From Hypanus sabinus (taxonomy: Eukaryota), in assembly GCF_030144855.1 (NCBI RefSeq), contig NC_082715.1, positions 102,362,001 to 102,426,000 of the forward strand: 64,000 bases of DNA, given 5' to 3'. Shown one piece after another: positions 61,878-64,000 of this stretch. Under the pieces are notes generated by a model. It made no database searches, was not told the DNA's origin, and saw nothing but the letters and a program-made list of their open reading frames with translations. The stretch's first letter is position 1. Each line of letters opens with the position of its first letter. Position numbers and translations under genes: made by a program.

Positions 61878-64000
61878 TCAGCATTCATAGTCATCGAACT
61901 GCATTAATAACATACTGATCAATTTAAATTATGCACTCTTAGACATGTCTTAGTAAATATTGAGTGTAGATAGTTTTTTGCTGCAACTAATTGTGTTAAA
62001 GGAACTGTGCATGAAATTTCAGAATCCGCACCACATTTTTCTCACTATCATCAAGTTGTCCACACCCTTGCCATATCATTTCAGATGGCTTTTGGAAGGG
62101 CATAAGACAATAGAGTGATTTCTTGTAATTTCACACCATGGTCCTAACTTAGCCTTTCGCTTTGGTGCAAATGCCATGAAACATGTGGTGGGAGATCATT
62201 CTTTTAAGTGAACCTATGGATGCCTGTGCTCTTTTAGTGTGTCGGAAACAACTACCGAGGGAGGAGGCACGGGAGTGATTGAGTTATAGAGTTGTACTCC
62301 ATTGAAATGGGCCATTCAGTCCATCATACCCATGCTGACAATCTCCACCCTGTGGGCTAGTACTTACCTGACTCTGGAGATTTATTGCTGTAAAGATCTA
62401 TTATATCCACCTTCTTGATACTATTGTGTCCCATACGATCAACCTACTCCTCCCTGAACTAGCTACTTGTGTATCCTTGTCTATGGTGAATACAGATGAG
62501 AAGCATTCACCACAATGATTCTCAACCTGGGGTCCATGGCCCCCTCAGTTAATGGTAGGGGTTCATGGCATAAAAAAGGTTGGGAACCCCTGAATTCTAG
62601 GACAGCCACATTCCCTTGCATCATACATAGATTGCTCTTCTGGTTTCTCTGAAGGGGACCCTACTGTTTCTCTGGCTAACCCTCCAGGGATATTTCATGA
62701 CTCTTATTTGCACTTTTAATCCCTTTCTTAAATTATCTCCTACTTTCTATATATTCCTGAAGAATCTCACTTAATTCCAGTTGCCTATACCCATCACATA
62801 TTTCCCTTTATTTCTTGATCAAACTTTCAATATCTTTTCTCATCCAAAGCAACCTAATCTAGATGGTGGTCAATCACTTGTGACACTCACAATGACTGCA
62901 ATTAGCTCCTCTTTTAAAGGCTATAAACTCCTGTGTAAACATCACTGATCAAACAAGAAAGTAAGTCAAATTCCATGAGTTCATATAAACATTTTTCCTC
63001 TATCATCTTTAATTTTATGTCCTCTGGTTATGAATAATTGACACAAAATTTATTCAGGGTGAGACAGCAGTTCTCTCACAGCACCAGTGACCCAGGCTCA
63101 ATACTGACCTCTAGTGGTGACTGGCCTTTCTACAGTCTCTATGTGTGAATTTCGTTCAGGTTCCTCCGGCGTCCCAAAAAATGTGTTGGTTAGTGGGTTT
63201 AATGGTCCACTGTAAGTTGCCCTTGGGGGAGGGGACAGGAAGTGTGAGTTTGATGGGAATGTGGGAAGGATAAAATGGGTCAGGATAGGATTAGTTCTGA
63301 AATGGGCAACACGAGTGAATCTGCAGATCTGAAATGGATGGTTAAAGATTGTGTAGACTGTGTAGTCTGAAGGGTCTGTTTCTGTGCCCTATCTCTTTAT
63401 AACTCTATCACTCGAACATGTCATGCGATGTGATCTAAGTTCCCATCAGAAGTCTTCAGGATGAGATCACATGTTAAATCAAGACTCTTCCCATGAATTT
63501 GGTGAAATAGAAATCCCATGGCATTTATTGAAGAAAAGTGGTGTCAACTTGATGGAATAAATAAGGGGCAATTATTGTCAGTAGTAGTAAGAGGACTGAA
63601 ATATAAGGCGATGTCAAAACAACAGGGGTGTGATCAGGAATTTTTTAAAGTGTCAAGTCGTTTTTATATGCTTGAAGGTATGATGCAAGTAAAATGGTGA
63701 TTTTCAAAATGGAATTGAATGAGTACTCAAAAGGAGGAAATCCCAGGGATATTGTGAAGGACAGTGATGCAGGGCTAATTGGAGGGCTTTTTCAGAGAGC
63801 AATGGCCGGAATGCCCTCCTCTCATGCCAATTCTCTTATTCAGGCTCACAATTTTCTCTCAACAACATTACCATTAAAAAAAAATCATTTTAAGTGATTT
63901 GGGATGTTTTGGGATTGCAAAAGGAGCTATGGAAATAAAGTAGGCAAGGGCCAGAATCAAAGGTAATCACATGCTACAGTTCTAACAGGTACTGGTGCTG

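Overview
This is vertebrate genomic DNA, not prokaryotic. The repeat content (CR1, Rex1/Babar, Penelope-like, HE1/V-SINE-like, Tc1/mariner) suggests a cartilaginous fish, probably a ray; that assignment is an inference. Three genes can be read from the sequence. (1) SLC18B1, minus strand, is complete: 14 coding exons from 36060 to 7706, 443 aa, all introns GT-AG with consistent phases. (2) RPS12, plus strand, lies head-to-head with it: TATA/CRE/TOP promoter near 38600, 5 coding exons from 38817 to 47943, 131 aa, hosting SNORD101 and SNORD100 plus one extra candidate C/D snoRNA. (3) The last coding exon and 3' UTR of EYA4, minus strand (61847 to 61767), converge on RPS12. Almost all other ORFs in the track are transposon fragments or noise. 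The most notable observations are: Cys substitutions in the normally invariant LARG motif of RPS12; an ORF1-only L1 element with an 11-bp TSD and an in-frame ORF2 deletion; fossil minimal hammerhead ribozymes in Penelope repeats; a 579-bp nested foldback mariner MITE next to an SLC18B1 exon; an orphan CpG-rich exon-like insert; and EYA4 orientation opposite to the human locus. I found no convincing evidence of a wholly new multi-gene system. Comparisons to human, zebrafish and yeast sequences are from memory and need database confirmation.
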